The notes beneath the pieces are model-generated. The model searched no databases. It had not been told where the DNA came from and was given only the letters and a program-made list of their open reading frames with translations. Positions 1 through 12,912 of a DNA stretch of 64,000 nucleotides are shown here, one piece after another. Source of the DNA: Spirochaetia bacterium (GTDB lineage Bacteria > Spirochaetota > Spirochaetia > SZUA-6 > Bin103); contig OZ241863.1 of the NCBI GenBank assembly GCA_965203055.1, forward strand, positions 2,112,001 to 2,176,000. Direction: 5' to 3'. Every line of letters starts with the position of its first letter. Position 1 is the first letter of the stretch. Both the position numbers and the translations under genes were made by a program.

Positions 1-2769
<2,769 letters not shown>

Positions 2770-2773
<4 letters not shown>

Positions 2774-3999
2774 GCCGCCTCCGTATCCGGAGTCACGCGA
2801 AGCTCACCAGTGAGGAGCACGGACATCAATGCTCGCTTCAACCGTAGACGGGCGCGGACCTCGGCCCTCGCGGACCGTATAAAGCTATTGAACCCATCTG
2901 CGACGTCGACTATCTTCCGCTGTTCATCCAGAGATGGCAAAGGAACCGGAAGCTGGCCATATTCCGTCGCGTTGATGTTCGGTTGCGCCTGGGCGCGCTG
3001 GCGGACCGCCACCCAACGCCAATATACCGCGGTGTTGAGATATTCCTTCAGAAACGCCGGAAGCAGGACACTGCCTCTGGTGCGGAAGCGGACAAGGTAG
3101 CCGGCGAACGCGCAGCGCAAACCGGTATCGTCGTCAACATGAAGGTATGCTTTTCCGACAGTCCCGCTACGAGCGAACAAAATATCACCCGTTCGTAGCA
3201 AGTAACCGTCAGCATCCTGGTCATCGATTCCAACGGCCTCGTCTTTCAGTGCGCCATCATCGTCAATATCGGTGATGCGAATATAACGGATCCCGCCGGG
3301 CTCAAAGTCCCTCTTGGCGACGTTGGCACCGTATTGTCCGCGTGCAATACAAGCATCAGCGAGTGACCGAACGGTCCACCCGTTCGGAATACTCCCAATC
3401 TCTGTCTGCTTGAATCGCGTGTTCCGTCCCGGCAGTCCTCGCGTGAACAGTTCCTGCATCAGTCCGCGCTTGACGATCTTCGCTTGGTCGATGACCGCCT
3501 GGGTCTTCTCGATAGCGTCGTCCACCGAGGAAAGAATCGCGGCAATCTTACGCTGCTCGGAAAGAGGCGGCAGCAGAAACGTAAACTCGCCAAGCTGTTT
3601 CCACGACGTTCTGGGCATCTTTGTACCAGACGACGTGGCGATCGCATGCCACTGCAATCGATTCCACTGCGCAAGCTGGAGCAGGTAAGGCGAGTCAAGA
3701 CCGTCTTTACCAAATAGTGGCAATATGTCGGTCGAACATACTCCATCAAACGGAGCCGCCGCCGCCTTCCGTAGATTCGGGCGAAGTTTGCCGAACAGTA
3801 TATCTCCGGTGTAAAAGACGGTCTTTGCACTGGTCGCACTGCCGGCTGACGACCAGCCAAGAAGCGCGGGACGCCCCTGCGCGAGATGCTCAAGGGCGAC
3901 ATACGGACGGACATCTCCTGCGGCCGGCGTGACCTTCATCAGTCGCTGGTCGGCACACTCACAGAGCCGTCGATGCACCCATCCTTCAGGAGCCTTCAA
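2770..3999 (-). CDS. hsdS: Type I restriction enzyme S (specificity) subunit
   Basis: Two lower-GC TRDs, each followed by a conserved LPPLSEQRKIAAIL / LPSLDEQRKIV helix; ends LLTGELRV; lies between hsdM and hsdR. TTG start uncertain. Confidence 0.95.
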
Positions 4000-4067
4000 G
4001 TGGTTCAGTTCAACTAGTTCGATGCCCTGCGGCTGACAGGGCCGGTCGTGGGTATTGCCGGCGGCCC

Positions 4068-4382
4068 TTATTCGGCGTGGCCGGCGCCATTGTCATCGAG
4101 CTGCTGCTTGAGGCGCCGGAACGTAGCCTCGTCGATGCCGGTGGCCGCCTCTATGATGGACCACGGTACATCGCGTTCCAGGAATCGCTGGATGGTATGC
4201 AACTGTCCCCTCATCTCGCCTTCCTGGCGGCCTTCTTGGCGGCCTTCCTGGCGGCCTTCTTGGCGGCCTTCCTGGCGGCCTTCCTGGCGGGCCTGTTGGC
4301 GGGCCTCCCGGATGCCCTCCCGAATGCCCTCCCGAACACCCTCCCGGATGCCCTCGTCGATCATCTTATGCACGTAGGTCAT
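4068..4382 (-). CDS. Putative nested in-frame small protein (RpnS-like intragenic antitoxin, 104 aa)
   Basis: Internal AGGAGG Shine-Dalgarno 7 nt before an in-frame ATG (MTYVHKMIDEG...), just upstream of the EGRQ repeats. Confidence 0.6.
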   Translation of the reverse strand: MTYVHKMIDEGIREGVREGIREGIREARQQARQEGRQEGRQEGRQEGRQEGRQEGEMRGQLHTIQRFLERDVPWSIIEAATGIDEATFRRLKQQLDDNGAGHAE

Positions 4383-5180
4383 TATCTCTCCTCCTCGGCC
4401 CGGCACGGTCCGCCGCAGCGCGTCCGCGAACGCCTGCTGCTGCTCATTCGACTTCAGCGCCAGCAGCACGTACTCCACATGCAGCGCCACCCCGTCAAAC
4501 CCTGCGACCGGATACAGCTCGTCCACCAACCGTATCATTTGGTTGAGCAAGTCGTCCCAGCCCTCCGAGCCCGCGCGGCGGTACTCGGTCATCATCGCGA
4601 GCTGCGCCAGCCGCGCGCCCAGCGTCCCCTCCACCGACTCCGGGTTCTGCTCGGTCTGGTCGATCAGCAGGTGCTCGAACTGCGGTACCCAACCCAGGGC
4701 GGACTCCGCGCCGGCAACCAACTCCGCGAACTGCCGCGGGAAACGCCACGGTTCGGCTCCCTGATAGAATACCACCGGCACGATCAGCGGCAACCGCGGC
4801 TCCTGCTCGTGCTCGCGGTGCCATTGCATCCAGGCCATCAGGCAGTAATGCAGCAACCGCAGCCGCAGCCAGCGGTCGGGCGTGGACTGATGTTCGAGCA
4901 ACACGAGGACGAGCACCGGAGAGCCGGAGACCTCGCGCTCGACCGAGAACAGCAGGTCGGCCTCGCGGCCGCGCCAGTCGTCACTGACCAAGCGGCTGGG
5001 CAGATGGGTCAGAGTGGTCCACCGCAGCATGCGGGCGAGTTCCTGGGGCAGGCAGGAGCGCAGCAGGCCGGCGGCGTTCTCGCGGTCGGAGAACACGCGG
5101 TAGAAGTACTTGTCGTGCCGCTGGCTGACCGGCGGCGGGTCGGCTGACTGCGGTTGGTCCGATGCGTGATCGTCAGCCAT
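4068..5180 (-). CDS. Rpn family recombination-promoting nuclease (Transposase_31/YhgA-like, PD-(D/E)XK)
   Basis: HDKYFYRVFS, EADLLFSV, LLEHQSTPD, LPLIVPVVFYQG motifs; C-terminal EGRQ repeats. Confidence 0.92.
   Translation of the reverse strand: MADDHASDQPQSADPPPVSQRHDKYFYRVFSDRENAAGLLRSCLPQELARMLRWTTLTHLPSRLVSDDWRGREADLLFSVEREVSGSPVLVLVLLEHQSTPDRWLRLRLLHYCLMAWMQWHREHEQEPRLPLIVPVVFYQGAEPWRFPRQFAELVAGAESALGWVPQFEHLLIDQTEQNPESVEGTLGARLAQLAMMTEYRRAGSEGWDDLLNQMIRLVDELYPVAGFDGVALHVEYVLLALKSNEQQQAFADALRRTVPGRGGEIMTYVHKMIDEGIREGVREGIREGIREARQQARQEGRQEGRQEGRQEGRQEGRQEGEMRGQLHTIQRFLERDVPWSIIEAATGIDEATFRRLKQQLDDNGAGHAE
4220..4350 (-). repeat. 12-bp tandem repeats encoding EGRQ/EGIR
   Basis: GGCCTTC(C/T)TGGC units repeated about 5-6 times, followed by degenerate units. 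Confidence 0.9.
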
Positions 5181-5263
5181 GAACCCGATGGCGACCGTAG
5201 CCCCTCGCTACGCCGGCGTCAAGCCTTGCGTTCGTGTCGTGTCGTGTAGTCGGCGCAGGTCTG

Positions 5264-5503
5264 CTACTCGTCGCGAACAGAGTCCAGGTACAGGGTGTCG
5301 GGACATATATCTTGTCCGTGGGGCCAGACGACGGTTCCATTCACGGCCATTGCTCGCTCGAAGTACCTGTTGTCTTGGAGCTCTTGGAACACGCCAAAAT
5401 CCAACAGGGTCGAACAGTCGTAGACCCGTCGTTCATCGTTATCGAAGAGCATCCTCAGTCTATATCCCTCCATCGCGGCAACTCTCGATATTCTCGGATT
5501 CAT
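5264..5503 (-). CDS. DUF2442 domain-containing protein
   Basis: 79 aa MNPRISRVAAMEGYRLRMLFDNDERRVYD...GTVVWPHGQDICPDTLY matches the DUF2442 pattern; ATG at 5503. Confidence 0.85.
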   Translation of the reverse strand: MNPRISRVAAMEGYRLRMLFDNDERRVYDCSTLLDFGVFQELQDNRYFERAMAVNGTVVWPHGQDICPDTLYLDSVRDE

Positions 5504-5513
5504 GGCTGAGTCT

Positions 5514-5616
5514 GCTAGCCGCCGTAGCCCAGCTCGGCGAGGTAGCGGTTCATGGTCGCTTCGGCGGCGGCGCGTTCCCGCTCCAGCTCGCGGAGCTTGC
5601 GCACCGCGGCCGCCAC
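5514..5616 (-). repeat. Duplicate of the last ~100 bp of hsdM including its stop (partner 6963-7065)
   Basis: 103-bp direct repeat with 1 mismatch. Confidence 0.95.
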
Positions 5617-5709
5617 ACACCGCTGCGCCACCAGCCGGCGCGCTAAGGTCACCTCGTCCTCATCCGTAGGGCAGCGCCGGTGGGGAGAACATCGGAGTGG
5701 CGGTGGGCC

Positions 5710-5979
5710 TCACCATTGGAATGACCAGCCCATGCCGCCGGCGGCCTGCACCAGATCGGCCTCCCCGAGCTCGGCGGAGGGCGGCAGGATCAGGTGACTG
5801 GTAGTCGCCGTTTCCTCGTGCACCTCGATGTTGAACTCGGAGGGCACGGTCAGGCCGATTTCCGCCTTGATCGCGGTCTTGGGGTCCGTCATCAATTGGT
5901 TGCGAAACTCGCGGTCCGCGGTCGCCTTTTCGATCAGCTGCTGGCGCAGAGCGCTGACCGTCATCGTCTTCTCGCCCAT
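5710..5979 (-). CDS. NHLP (nitrile hydratase-like leader) RiPP precursor; predicted core MGWSFQW
   Basis: LIEKATADREFRNQLMTDPKTAI...IEVHEET...HLILP...EL..ADL..AAGG leader ending in double Gly; SD AGGAGAGG. Confidence 0.88.
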   Translation of the reverse strand: MGEKTMTVSALRQQLIEKATADREFRNQLMTDPKTAIKAEIGLTVPSEFNIEVHEETATTSHLILPPSAELGEADLVQAAGGMGWSFQW

Positions 5980-6182
5980 ATTCCTCTCCTTCCGGCAGCT
6001 CGCGCAGCATCGATCACGGCAATGTCTGCGCGCTACTCACATTGTCAGATCAAATATAGGCAACGTTGGCCAAAGTGTCGAGCCCGTGCACCGAGACGAG
6101 AGAAAATGAGTTATCAGGAAATTCCCGTGGGTGGCGGCGGTGGGATTCCGGCGCCGCCCCACCCACAGCGCCGTCGATGCAC

Positions 6183-6335
6183 CTATCCATCAGGGAACGG
6201 ATGGTCGCGCGCCAGCGTGCTCAGCCACCGCGACACCTTGGCCAAGTCCGCCGCCATCAGGTTGCGGTCGAACCCGTACAGATACCGCTGCGCCACCAGC
6301 CGGCGCGCGAAGGTCACCTCGTCCTCATCCGTAGG
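6183..6335 (-). pseudogene. Internal fragment of a type IIG-like N6-methylase/restriction enzyme
   Basis: Translates DEDEVTFARRLVAQRYLYGFDRNLMAADLAKVSRWLSTLARDHPF, resembling the conserved LYGVDxNPMAVxLAKxSLWL motif. Confidence 0.7.
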
Positions 6336-6612
6336 GCAGCGCCGGTGGGGTGAACGACCAGTCGATGCCGCCGGCGGCCTGCGCCAAGTCGGCTTCCCCG
6401 AGCTCGGCGGAGGGCGGCAGGATCAAGTGACCGGTAGTCGCCGTGTCCTGGTGCACCTCGACGTTGAACTCGGAGGGCACGGTCAGGCCGGTTTCCGCCT
6501 CGATCGCGGTCTTGGGGTCCGCCATCAATTGGTTGCGAAACTCGCGGTCCGCGGTCGCCTTTTCGATCAGTTGCTGGCGCAGAGCGCTGACCGTCATCGT
6601 CTTCTCGCCCAT
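6325..6612 (-). CDS. NHLP RiPP precursor paralog; predicted core IDWSFTPPALPYG
   Basis: Leader nearly identical to 5710-5979; AAGG cleavage motif. Confidence 0.85.
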   Translation of the reverse strand: MGEKTMTVSALRQQLIEKATADREFRNQLMADPKTAIEAETGLTVPSEFNVEVHQDTATTGHLILPPSAELGEADLAQAAGGIDWSFTPPALPYG

Positions 6613-6824
6613 ATTCCTCTCCTCCCGGCAGCTCGCGCAGCATCAATCACGGCATGTCTGCCGCGGCGCGCGCTACTCACTTTGTCAGATCAGATATAGG
6701 ATACCGTTGGCCAAATGTCGAGCCCTTGCACCGAGAAAATGAGTTATCAGGTATTTCCGTGGGTAGCGACGGGCGGACTCCGGCGCCGCCCCACCAGGGA
6801 TGAGCCGGCGGTGACCTCAGTCAG

Positions 6825-6941
6825 GCGGTGTGGGAGTTGACCGCCGGGCAGCCGCGGCTGGTCAACGCGCTGGCCCGGGAGGCGTGCTCCGGCGGCGAAG
6901 CGGGGCGCGACCGCACCCGGACGATCAGCGCCGAGGCGGTC
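6825..6941 (+). pseudogene. Fragment of an AAA-like ATP-binding protein
   Basis: Translates AVWELTAGQPRLVNALAREAC...GRDRTRTISAEAV, resembling the TxGQPWLVNAL lid motif; no start or context. Confidence 0.5.
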
Positions 6942-6963
6942 CGTTGTTCCACGAGCTGATCCG

Positions 6964-8832
6964 CTAGCCGCCGTAGCCCAGCTCGGCGAGGTAGCGGTTC
7001 ATGGTCGCTTCGGCGGCGGCGCGTTCCCGTTCCAGCTCGCGGAGCTTGCGCACCGCGGCCGCCACGTCGATCCGTTCTTCTTCCTCCGCGGTGTCCACGT
7101 AGCGGGTGATGTTCAGGTTCCAGTCGTTGCGCTCGATCTCGGCGACCGGCACCACCCGCGCGTACTTCTCCACGTCGGTCCAGGCGTGGAAGGTCCGGGC
7201 GATGCGCTCCAGGTCGCGGTCGCGCAGGCGATTCTGGTTGGTCCCTTCCTCGAACTCCCCGGAGGCGTCGATGAACAGCACCGCGCCTGCGCGCGCGGGC
7301 GGCTTGGCGCGGTTCAGCACCAGCACGGACGCCGGGATGCCGGTGCCGTAGAACAGGTTGGGCGCAAGGCCGATGACCGCCTCGAACAGGTCTTCTGTGA
7401 GCATGCCCTGGCGAATCTTCCCCTCCGCGCCGCCGCGGAACAGCACCCCGTGCGGCATCACCACGCCGAGCCGTCCGGCAGCGTTCAGTACCGCCACCAT
7501 GTGCTGCACGAACGCCAGGTCGCCCTTGGTCTTCGGCGGCAGGCCGAACCGGAAGCGCCCGTGGCCGTCGCTCTCGGCCACCTCGCGGCCCCACTCGTCG
7601 AGGCTGAACGGCGGATTGGCGATCACCCGGTCGTAGCGCAGCAGCTCGCCTTCATCCACCAGCTTCGGGTCGCGGATCGTGTCGCCCTTCTCGATGCGCG
7701 CGTCCGGCAGCCCGTGGAGCAGCATGTTCATCTTGCAGATCGCCCAGGTGCCGAGGTTCTTCTCCTGACCGTGGAGCGTCAGGTCATTCGGATTGCCGCC
7801 CTGCCGCTCGAGGTGATGGGCGCACTCGATCAGCATGCCGCCGGAGCCCGCGGTCGGGTCGCAGACGCGCATCCCCGCGGCCGGCGCCAGCAGCTCGACG
7901 ATCAGCTTGACGACCATGCGCGGGGTGTAGAACTCGCCGCCCTTCTTGCCGGCGTCGTCGGCGAACTGTTCGATCAGATATTCGTAGGCGCGGCCGAGCA
8001 GATCCGGCTCCGCCAAGCGGTCGTTGCGGAGCGAGACTTCGGAGAAGTGCCGCACCAGGCGCGCCAGCACGGTGTCGCGGTTGCGGGCGTCGCCGAGCTT
8101 GCGCTCGTCGTTGTAGTCGATGCCGGCCAGCACGCCTTCGAGCGCGCTGTTCTGTTCCTCCAGCGCCGCGCACGCCTTGTTGAGGGTCTCGCCGATGTTG
8201 GCGGCCGCTTCCCGGATGGCGCCCCACCGCGCCCGGTCGGGCACGAAGAACTGGTGCTCGTCGGGGTCGGTCCAGGCCACCTCTTGGGACACGCCGCCGG
8301 CAATCAGCTTCTCCGCTTCCTCCTCGAAGCGGTCCGACAGCCGCTTCAGGAACAGCATGCCGAAGATGTAGGTCTTGTAGTCGCTGCTGTCGATCGATCC
8401 GCGCAGGATGTCGGCGGCCGCCCACAGGTACTGTTCGAGCTGCGCCACGCTCAGGATGTCGGCCGCCCGCGCCGGCGCGACGGCCGTGGTCGGGTCCGGC
8501 GGCGGACGGGAGGCGCCGGCGGCGGCCGCCGGCGCGGGCGGCGCGGCGGGGCGGACTTGCATCGCCACCGGGACCGGCGCGGCGAGACGCGCGGCAAGAT
8601 CCGCCTTCCGGCGCCCGGAATCGTCCAGATCGAACGCCCGGCACAGTTCCTTCAGACGGTCTCGGGACAGCTCCTGCAGCAGCGCCGTGACCCGCACCTT
8701 GCGCGCGCGGGCCAGCGCGTCCGCGAGTTGCTCCTTGTCGCCGCGGCCGGCGACCGGCAGCGCGTAGCGGTCGGCGCCGGCGCGCAGCTCGCGGCTCGTC
8801 AGTGCGGAAAGGATGGCGCGTTTCGCCGGCAT
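6964..8832 (-). CDS. hsdM: Type I restriction-modification methyltransferase with N-terminal extension
   Basis: LWAAADILRG, GEFYTPR, DPTAGSGG (SAM binding), NPPF (m6A catalytic), WNLNITRYV. Confidence 0.96.
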   Translation of the reverse strand: MPAKRAILSALTSRELRAGADRYALPVAGRGDKEQLADALARARKVRVTALLQELSRDRLKELCRAFDLDDSGRRKADLAARLAAPVPVAMQVRPAAPPAPAAAAGASRPPPDPTTAVAPARAADILSVAQLEQYLWAAADILRGSIDSSDYKTYIFGMLFLKRLSDRFEEEAEKLIAGGVSQEVAWTDPDEHQFFVPDRARWGAIREAAANIGETLNKACAALEEQNSALEGVLAGIDYNDERKLGDARNRDTVLARLVRHFSEVSLRNDRLAEPDLLGRAYEYLIEQFADDAGKKGGEFYTPRMVVKLIVELLAPAAGMRVCDPTAGSGGMLIECAHHLERQGGNPNDLTLHGQEKNLGTWAICKMNMLLHGLPDARIEKGDTIRDPKLVDEGELLRYDRVIANPPFSLDEWGREVAESDGHGRFRFGLPPKTKGDLAFVQHMVAVLNAAGRLGVVMPHGVLFRGGAEGKIRQGMLTEDLFEAVIGLAPNLFYGTGIPASVLVLNRAKPPARAGAVLFIDASGEFEEGTNQNRLRDRDLERIARTFHAWTDVEKYARVVPVAEIERNDWNLNITRYVDTAEEEERIDVAAAVRKLRELERERAAAEATMNRYLAELGYGG

Positions 8833-8848
8833 TGGCGGGTGCCGCCCT

Positions 8849-10177
8849 TCAGCCTGGCCGCGCGCCGTACGGCGCCGCCAAGCGGACGTCGTCTCCCGCG
8901 GCCGCCGCGCCGTCTTCCTGGCCGCCGGAGCCGCTGAACCAGTCCCTCAGCTCCGACCGGTCCTGCTCGGTGACGTCGGCGCCCTGCGCCTGCACCCGGT
9001 CCAGCGTGATGGTGAGCAGCGCGTCGCGAATCTGATCGGCGCTCGGCGCCGGCCGCGCGTCGAGGCGGGCGCCGCCGTACAGGGCGCCGCGCACCACGAA
9101 GCCGACCGCTTGCCGGCCGACGTGAATTCCCTCCTGCTTGAGATCATCCCTGGTCCAGGCCGTGCAATGCGTCAAGTTGAAGTCATAGGCGGCGGCGTAG
9201 CGCGCGAGCGCGGCGAAGGTCGCCTGCCAGGCCTGCGGGTTCAGTCGGGGCAAGTCGGTGACACGGCAGCAGCGCGCGACGAACGCCGGCATGCGGGTCA
9301 GCACGTCGTCGTCTTCGTCCTCGGGCTCCGCATGCTTGGCCATGTTCCACACGTGCAGTCCGTTGGTGCGCAGATCGGAGCTGGCCGCCATCGAACTGAT
9401 CAGGCCGCGCAACGAACCCAACCCGAACCATCTGCTGCGGTCGATCGCCTCATCCAGGCCGGTCGAGCGCAGCATGATGCCGAGCGAGGAGAGATAGGCA
9501 GGTCGGTCCTGCCGGTCGACGTAATCGTGGATCAGCCGCTGGACCCGCTCGCGGTGCCCCTGTTCCGACTCCCGGACGACCGCGGGGTCGGCCGCGGCTT
9601 CGGTCTCCGTTTCGGACGCCCGTTCCGCGCTCAGCAGACCGACCAGATCCTCCGCGTAGATCAGCAGGTCGGCGATGGTGTGATACGCTGGTGAGGTCTG
9701 GCCGGTGGAGATGATCACGGTGCGGCGGTCGTTGGCCCGCAACAGGCGGAGCAGCGGTGCGAAGTCCGCGTCGCTGGACGCCAGGATGAACTCGTCGTAG
9801 CGCGTGTTCGCGTCCTGGGCTTGCAGGGTATCGATGACGATTCTGATATCCGCCGCGTTCTTTTGCCCGGCGGTCAACACCGGGCAATCCACGACCTCGA
9901 AGCCGGCGCGGGTCAGGCGCGGGCGAAACGTCGACAGATACAAACGGCCGCTGTCGTTGCCCCAATCGCGGTCGGCCACCCATCCGGCGGGATTCAGATA
10001 GGCCCGCCGCACCAGCAGGTGCCGCCGGTCGCCGGGCGGCAGGTTCCAGGTGGCAAGCGCGTCGAGCCACCGGCCCGGTTCGTCCGCCAGGACGTAGGCC
10101 GCCTTGCGATCCAGTTGCAGCAAGCCGCTGAAGAAGTTGTCGAAGTCGAGGAACAGCGCGCTCTTGATGCGGTTCAT
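8849..10177 (-). CDS. NYN (LabA/DUF88 PIN-like) domain protein
   Basis: ALFLDFDN...KNAADIRIVID...ILASSDADFAPL motifs. Likely start is ATG 10177 after AAGGA; the track ORF is over-extended. Confidence 0.88.
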   Translation of the reverse strand: MNRIKSALFLDFDNFFSGLLQLDRKAAYVLADEPGRWLDALATWNLPPGDRRHLLVRRAYLNPAGWVADRDWGNDSGRLYLSTFRPRLTRAGFEVVDCPVLTAGQKNAADIRIVIDTLQAQDANTRYDEFILASSDADFAPLLRLLRANDRRTVIISTGQTSPAYHTIADLLIYAEDLVGLLSAERASETETEAAADPAVVRESEQGHRERVQRLIHDYVDRQDRPAYLSSLGIMLRSTGLDEAIDRSRWFGLGSLRGLISSMAASSDLRTNGLHVWNMAKHAEPEDEDDDVLTRMPAFVARCCRVTDLPRLNPQAWQATFAALARYAAAYDFNLTHCTAWTRDDLKQEGIHVGRQAVGFVVRGALYGGARLDARPAPSADQIRDALLTITLDRVQAQGADVTEQDRSELRDWFSGSGGQEDGAAAAGDDVRLAAPYGARPG

Positions 10178-10188
10178 TTCGGCGTTCC

Positions 10189-11256
10189 TTAGCTTAGCTG
10201 GCCGGCCGCCGGCACGGCCACCGGTTCCGCGCCGATGGCGGCGAGCGCGGCGCGCAGCGCGGCGATGGCAGCGGTGACGTCCGCGGCGGCTATCCCGGAG
10301 TGGGTCACCATCCGCAGGTCCGAGTTCCCGGGGTTGATCAGCACGCCGGCGCGGCGCAGCTCGGCGGCAATTTCGGCGCCGCGGCCCGCGGGCACGCCGA
10401 AGCGGACGATGTTGGTCTGGATCAGGTCGGGGTCCAGCTCGATGGCGGCGAACTGCGCCAAGCCGCGGGCCAGGGCGCGGGCGTTGGCGTGATCCTCGGC
10501 CAGACGCTCGATCATGGTGTCGAGCGCGACCAGCCCGGCCGCCGCCAGCACCCCCACCTGCCGCATGCCGGCGCCCAACAGCTTGCGCCAGCGGGCGGCC
10601 TCGGCGATGAACTCGCGGCTGCCGCACACCACGCTGCCGACCGGGCAGGAGAGCCCCTTCGAGAGGCAGAAGGTGACCGAATCGACCTCGGCCGCCAGCT
10701 CGGCCGCCGCCACCTCGAGCGCCACCGCAGCGTTGAACAGGCGCGCCCCGTCCAGGTGCACGGCCAGCCCGGCGGCGCGCGCGGGCGCGGCCATGGCCGC
10801 GGTCTGCGCCCGGTCCAAGGCCCGCCCCGAGCTGGCGTTGTGGGTGTTTTCGAGGCACAGCAGGCGGGTGCGCGGGCAGTGGTAGTCGTCCGGCTTGACC
10901 GCCGCGGCGATCAGCTCCGGCGCCAGCTCGCCGGCGTGGTTGGTGGCGATCGGATACAGCGCTACCCCGCCCAGCACCGACGCCCCGCCCGCCTCGTTGT
11001 GGAACACGTGGCACTGGTCGCCGACCAGCACCTCGTCGCCGCGCCGGGTGTGCGCCAGCACCGACACCAGGTTGCCCTGGGTACCGGAGGCGACGAACAA
11101 CCCCGCCTCCTTGCCCAGCAGCGCCGCGGCCCGCTCCTGCAGGCGATTGACCGTCGGATCGTCGCCGTAGACGTCGTCACCCAGCTCGGCGTTGTACATG
11201 GCACGGCGCATCCGCTCCGTCGGGAGTGTCACCGTATCGCTGCGCAGGTCGATCAT
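10189..11256 (-). CDS. ltaE: Low-specificity L-threonine aldolase
   Basis: [38 protein letters not shown] (PLP lysine). Confidence 0.93.
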   Translation of the reverse strand: MIDLRSDTVTLPTERMRRAMYNAELGDDVYGDDPTVNRLQERAAALLGKEAGLFVASGTQGNLVSVLAHTRRGDEVLVGDQCHVFHNEAGGASVLGGVALYPIATNHAGELAPELIAAAVKPDDYHCPRTRLLCLENTHNASSGRALDRAQTAAMAAPARAAGLAVHLDGARLFNAAVALEVAAAELAAEVDSVTFCLSKGLSCPVGSVVCGSREFIAEAARWRKLLGAGMRQVGVLAAAGLVALDTMIERLAEDHANARALARGLAQFAAIELDPDLIQTNIVRFGVPAGRGAEIAAELRRAGVLINPGNSDLRMVTHSGIAAADVTAAIAALRAALAAIGAEPVAVPAAGQLS

Positions 11257-11349
11257 CGGCCCGCATTGTGACGCCCGCGCCGCGGCTAGACAAGCCGCTT
11301 GCCAGGCAGGCGGGGCCGCGCCGGAGGACCGCCCGGCGCGGTCTTGCCG

Positions 11350-11442
11350 GCTGCGCAGCGCGGCCAGCAACCCCGCTTCCCGTTCCGGTACGGCGTAGGT
11401 CTTGGAAAGTCCCCGGACGTCGACCGCCGGGATTGCGGGCGC
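11350..11442 (-). pseudogene. N-terminal fragment of an ABC transporter ATP-binding protein
   Basis: [26 protein letters not shown] resembles an ABC ATPase N-terminus; the rest is absent. Confidence 0.5.
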
Positions 11443-11453
11443 GGGCTCCGGCC

Positions 11454-12725
11454 CTACAGGGCGGCGCGCAGCAATACTCGAATCTCCTGCACCAGCGCCT
11501 GATAGCGGGTCGCCCCCGGCGGCAGGCGGCTGGTCACCAGGCGGCGCCCGTTGACGAATATGGTGGGGGTGCCCTGCACGCCGCCGCGCACGCCTTCGTC
11601 GATGTCGCGCTCCAGGTGGCGCAGCGCGGCATCGCTCTGAATCGCGGCGGTAAATGCCTCCTGATCGGTGATCCCGGCCTCCTCGGCGTTGGCCAGAAGG
11701 CGTTGCGGCGCGTGGTTCTGAAAGTGCTCGTACAGCAGCAGGTGATAGTCCAGGAAGCGGTCCTGCCGATGGGCGGCGTAGGCCGCGGCGGCAGCCAGGC
11801 AGGAGCTGCTTTGCCGCTCCATGTAGCGGTTGCAGGTGGCGTCCAGGGGGAAGAACTTGAACACCACGCGCACGTCGCCGGCGAACTCCTCCGCCAGGCG
11901 CAGCGCCTCCGGGTCGAAGTCGCGGCAGTGGGAGCAGTTGTAATCCCCGAACACCACCACCTGCACGGGGGCGTCCGGCGGCCCTACCGCGGGCGAGTCG
12001 CCGGTGTCGAAGCTGACGGCGCTGCGGCTGAGGTAGCGGGACGCCGGCGCCGCGGAGCTGGCGGCTGCGGCGCCGGCGGCGCGGTCGGCAACTGCCAGGG
12101 CGTTGGCCTCGAAGCCCAACGCCGCGATTGCGGCCGGCACGGCGCCCGCGGCCAGGGCCAGCAGCGCCGCGCCGGCCGCCGGCCCCCAACCCCGCGCTTG
12201 CCGCCCGCCGGCGCCGCGCCCGGCCCGGCTCCGCCGCCAGCGCGCGGCCAGCACCACGAACAAGGCAATGGAGACCGCCTGCAACAACGCGCAGTAGAGG
12301 CACAGCGCGCGGATTTCCAGCGCTGCCACCGCGGCCAGGGCCAGCGCGGCCAGCACGGTCAGCCCGGCCAGTCCGGCGGCGAGGTCCAGGTTGACGGCGG
12401 CCAGGCGGCGCAGCGGGCGCAGCAGCGGCAGAGCCAGCAACACCGCCAGGGCGCCGTACACACCGATCGCCAACGCCGAGATCGGCACCCCGGCCACCGC
12501 CGCGTAGCGCGACTCGCTCACCCGGTCGCAATCCACGTAGGCCGAGATGGAGCAGCCGCTGACCTGGCCGGCCAGCAGGTGCAGGTAGTAGTTGTGGGTC
12601 AGCACTACGGCCAGCGCCAGCCCGGCGGCGACCAGCGCCAGCGCGGCCCACAACCACGGCCCGCCGCCGGCGCCGGCGGCGGGGGTGGAGCGTGCAGCGG
12701 AGCGATGACCGGAACGTTGCGCCAT
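11454..12725 (-). CDS. Vitamin K epoxide reductase (VKOR)-DsbA/thioredoxin fusion
   Basis: TM segments with C-x7-C (CSISAYVDC) and CLYC; C-terminal FGDYNCSHC and [12 protein letters not shown]. Confidence 0.9.
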   Translation of the reverse strand: MAQRSGHRSAARSTPAAGAGGGPWLWAALALVAAGLALAVVLTHNYYLHLLAGQVSGCSISAYVDCDRVSESRYAAVAGVPISALAIGVYGALAVLLALPLLRPLRRLAAVNLDLAAGLAGLTVLAALALAAVAALEIRALCLYCALLQAVSIALFVVLAARWRRSRAGRGAGGRQARGWGPAAGAALLALAAGAVPAAIAALGFEANALAVADRAAGAAAASSAAPASRYLSRSAVSFDTGDSPAVGPPDAPVQVVVFGDYNCSHCRDFDPEALRLAEEFAGDVRVVFKFFPLDATCNRYMERQSSSCLAAAAAYAAHRQDRFLDYHLLLYEHFQNHAPQRLLANAEEAGITDQEAFTAAIQSDAALRHLERDIDEGVRGGVQGTPTIFVNGRRLVTSRLPPGATRYQALVQEIRVLLRAAL

Positions 12726-12912
12726 GTCCCGGACAAAGTCGCAGCCTGACGAATCTCCGTCAAGGGCGCGGCGCGAGAATCGCCGTCCGCGAGGCGCTCC
12801 CGGCGCTCCCGCCCGCCGCCGGCGGGCCGCTTGACGGGCGCCCGCACAACGCTACCATAGGCGCCGGCGCCCGCCGCCCGGCGGCGCCCCAAGACACTCT
12901 CGGGGGAGACTC

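Larger units (their letters stand above)
5619..6795. repeat. Imperfect tandem duplication (~5619-6165 and ~6284-6795), each unit carrying one NHLP precursor gene and its upstream region
   Basis: Direct comparison of the two units; unit 2 lacks about 30 bp around the stop codon. Confidence 0.9.

Noticed and set aside
4068..5180. Rpn gene as an IS transposase
   Set aside because: No terminal repeats or DDE motif; the family's 'transposase' label is historical.
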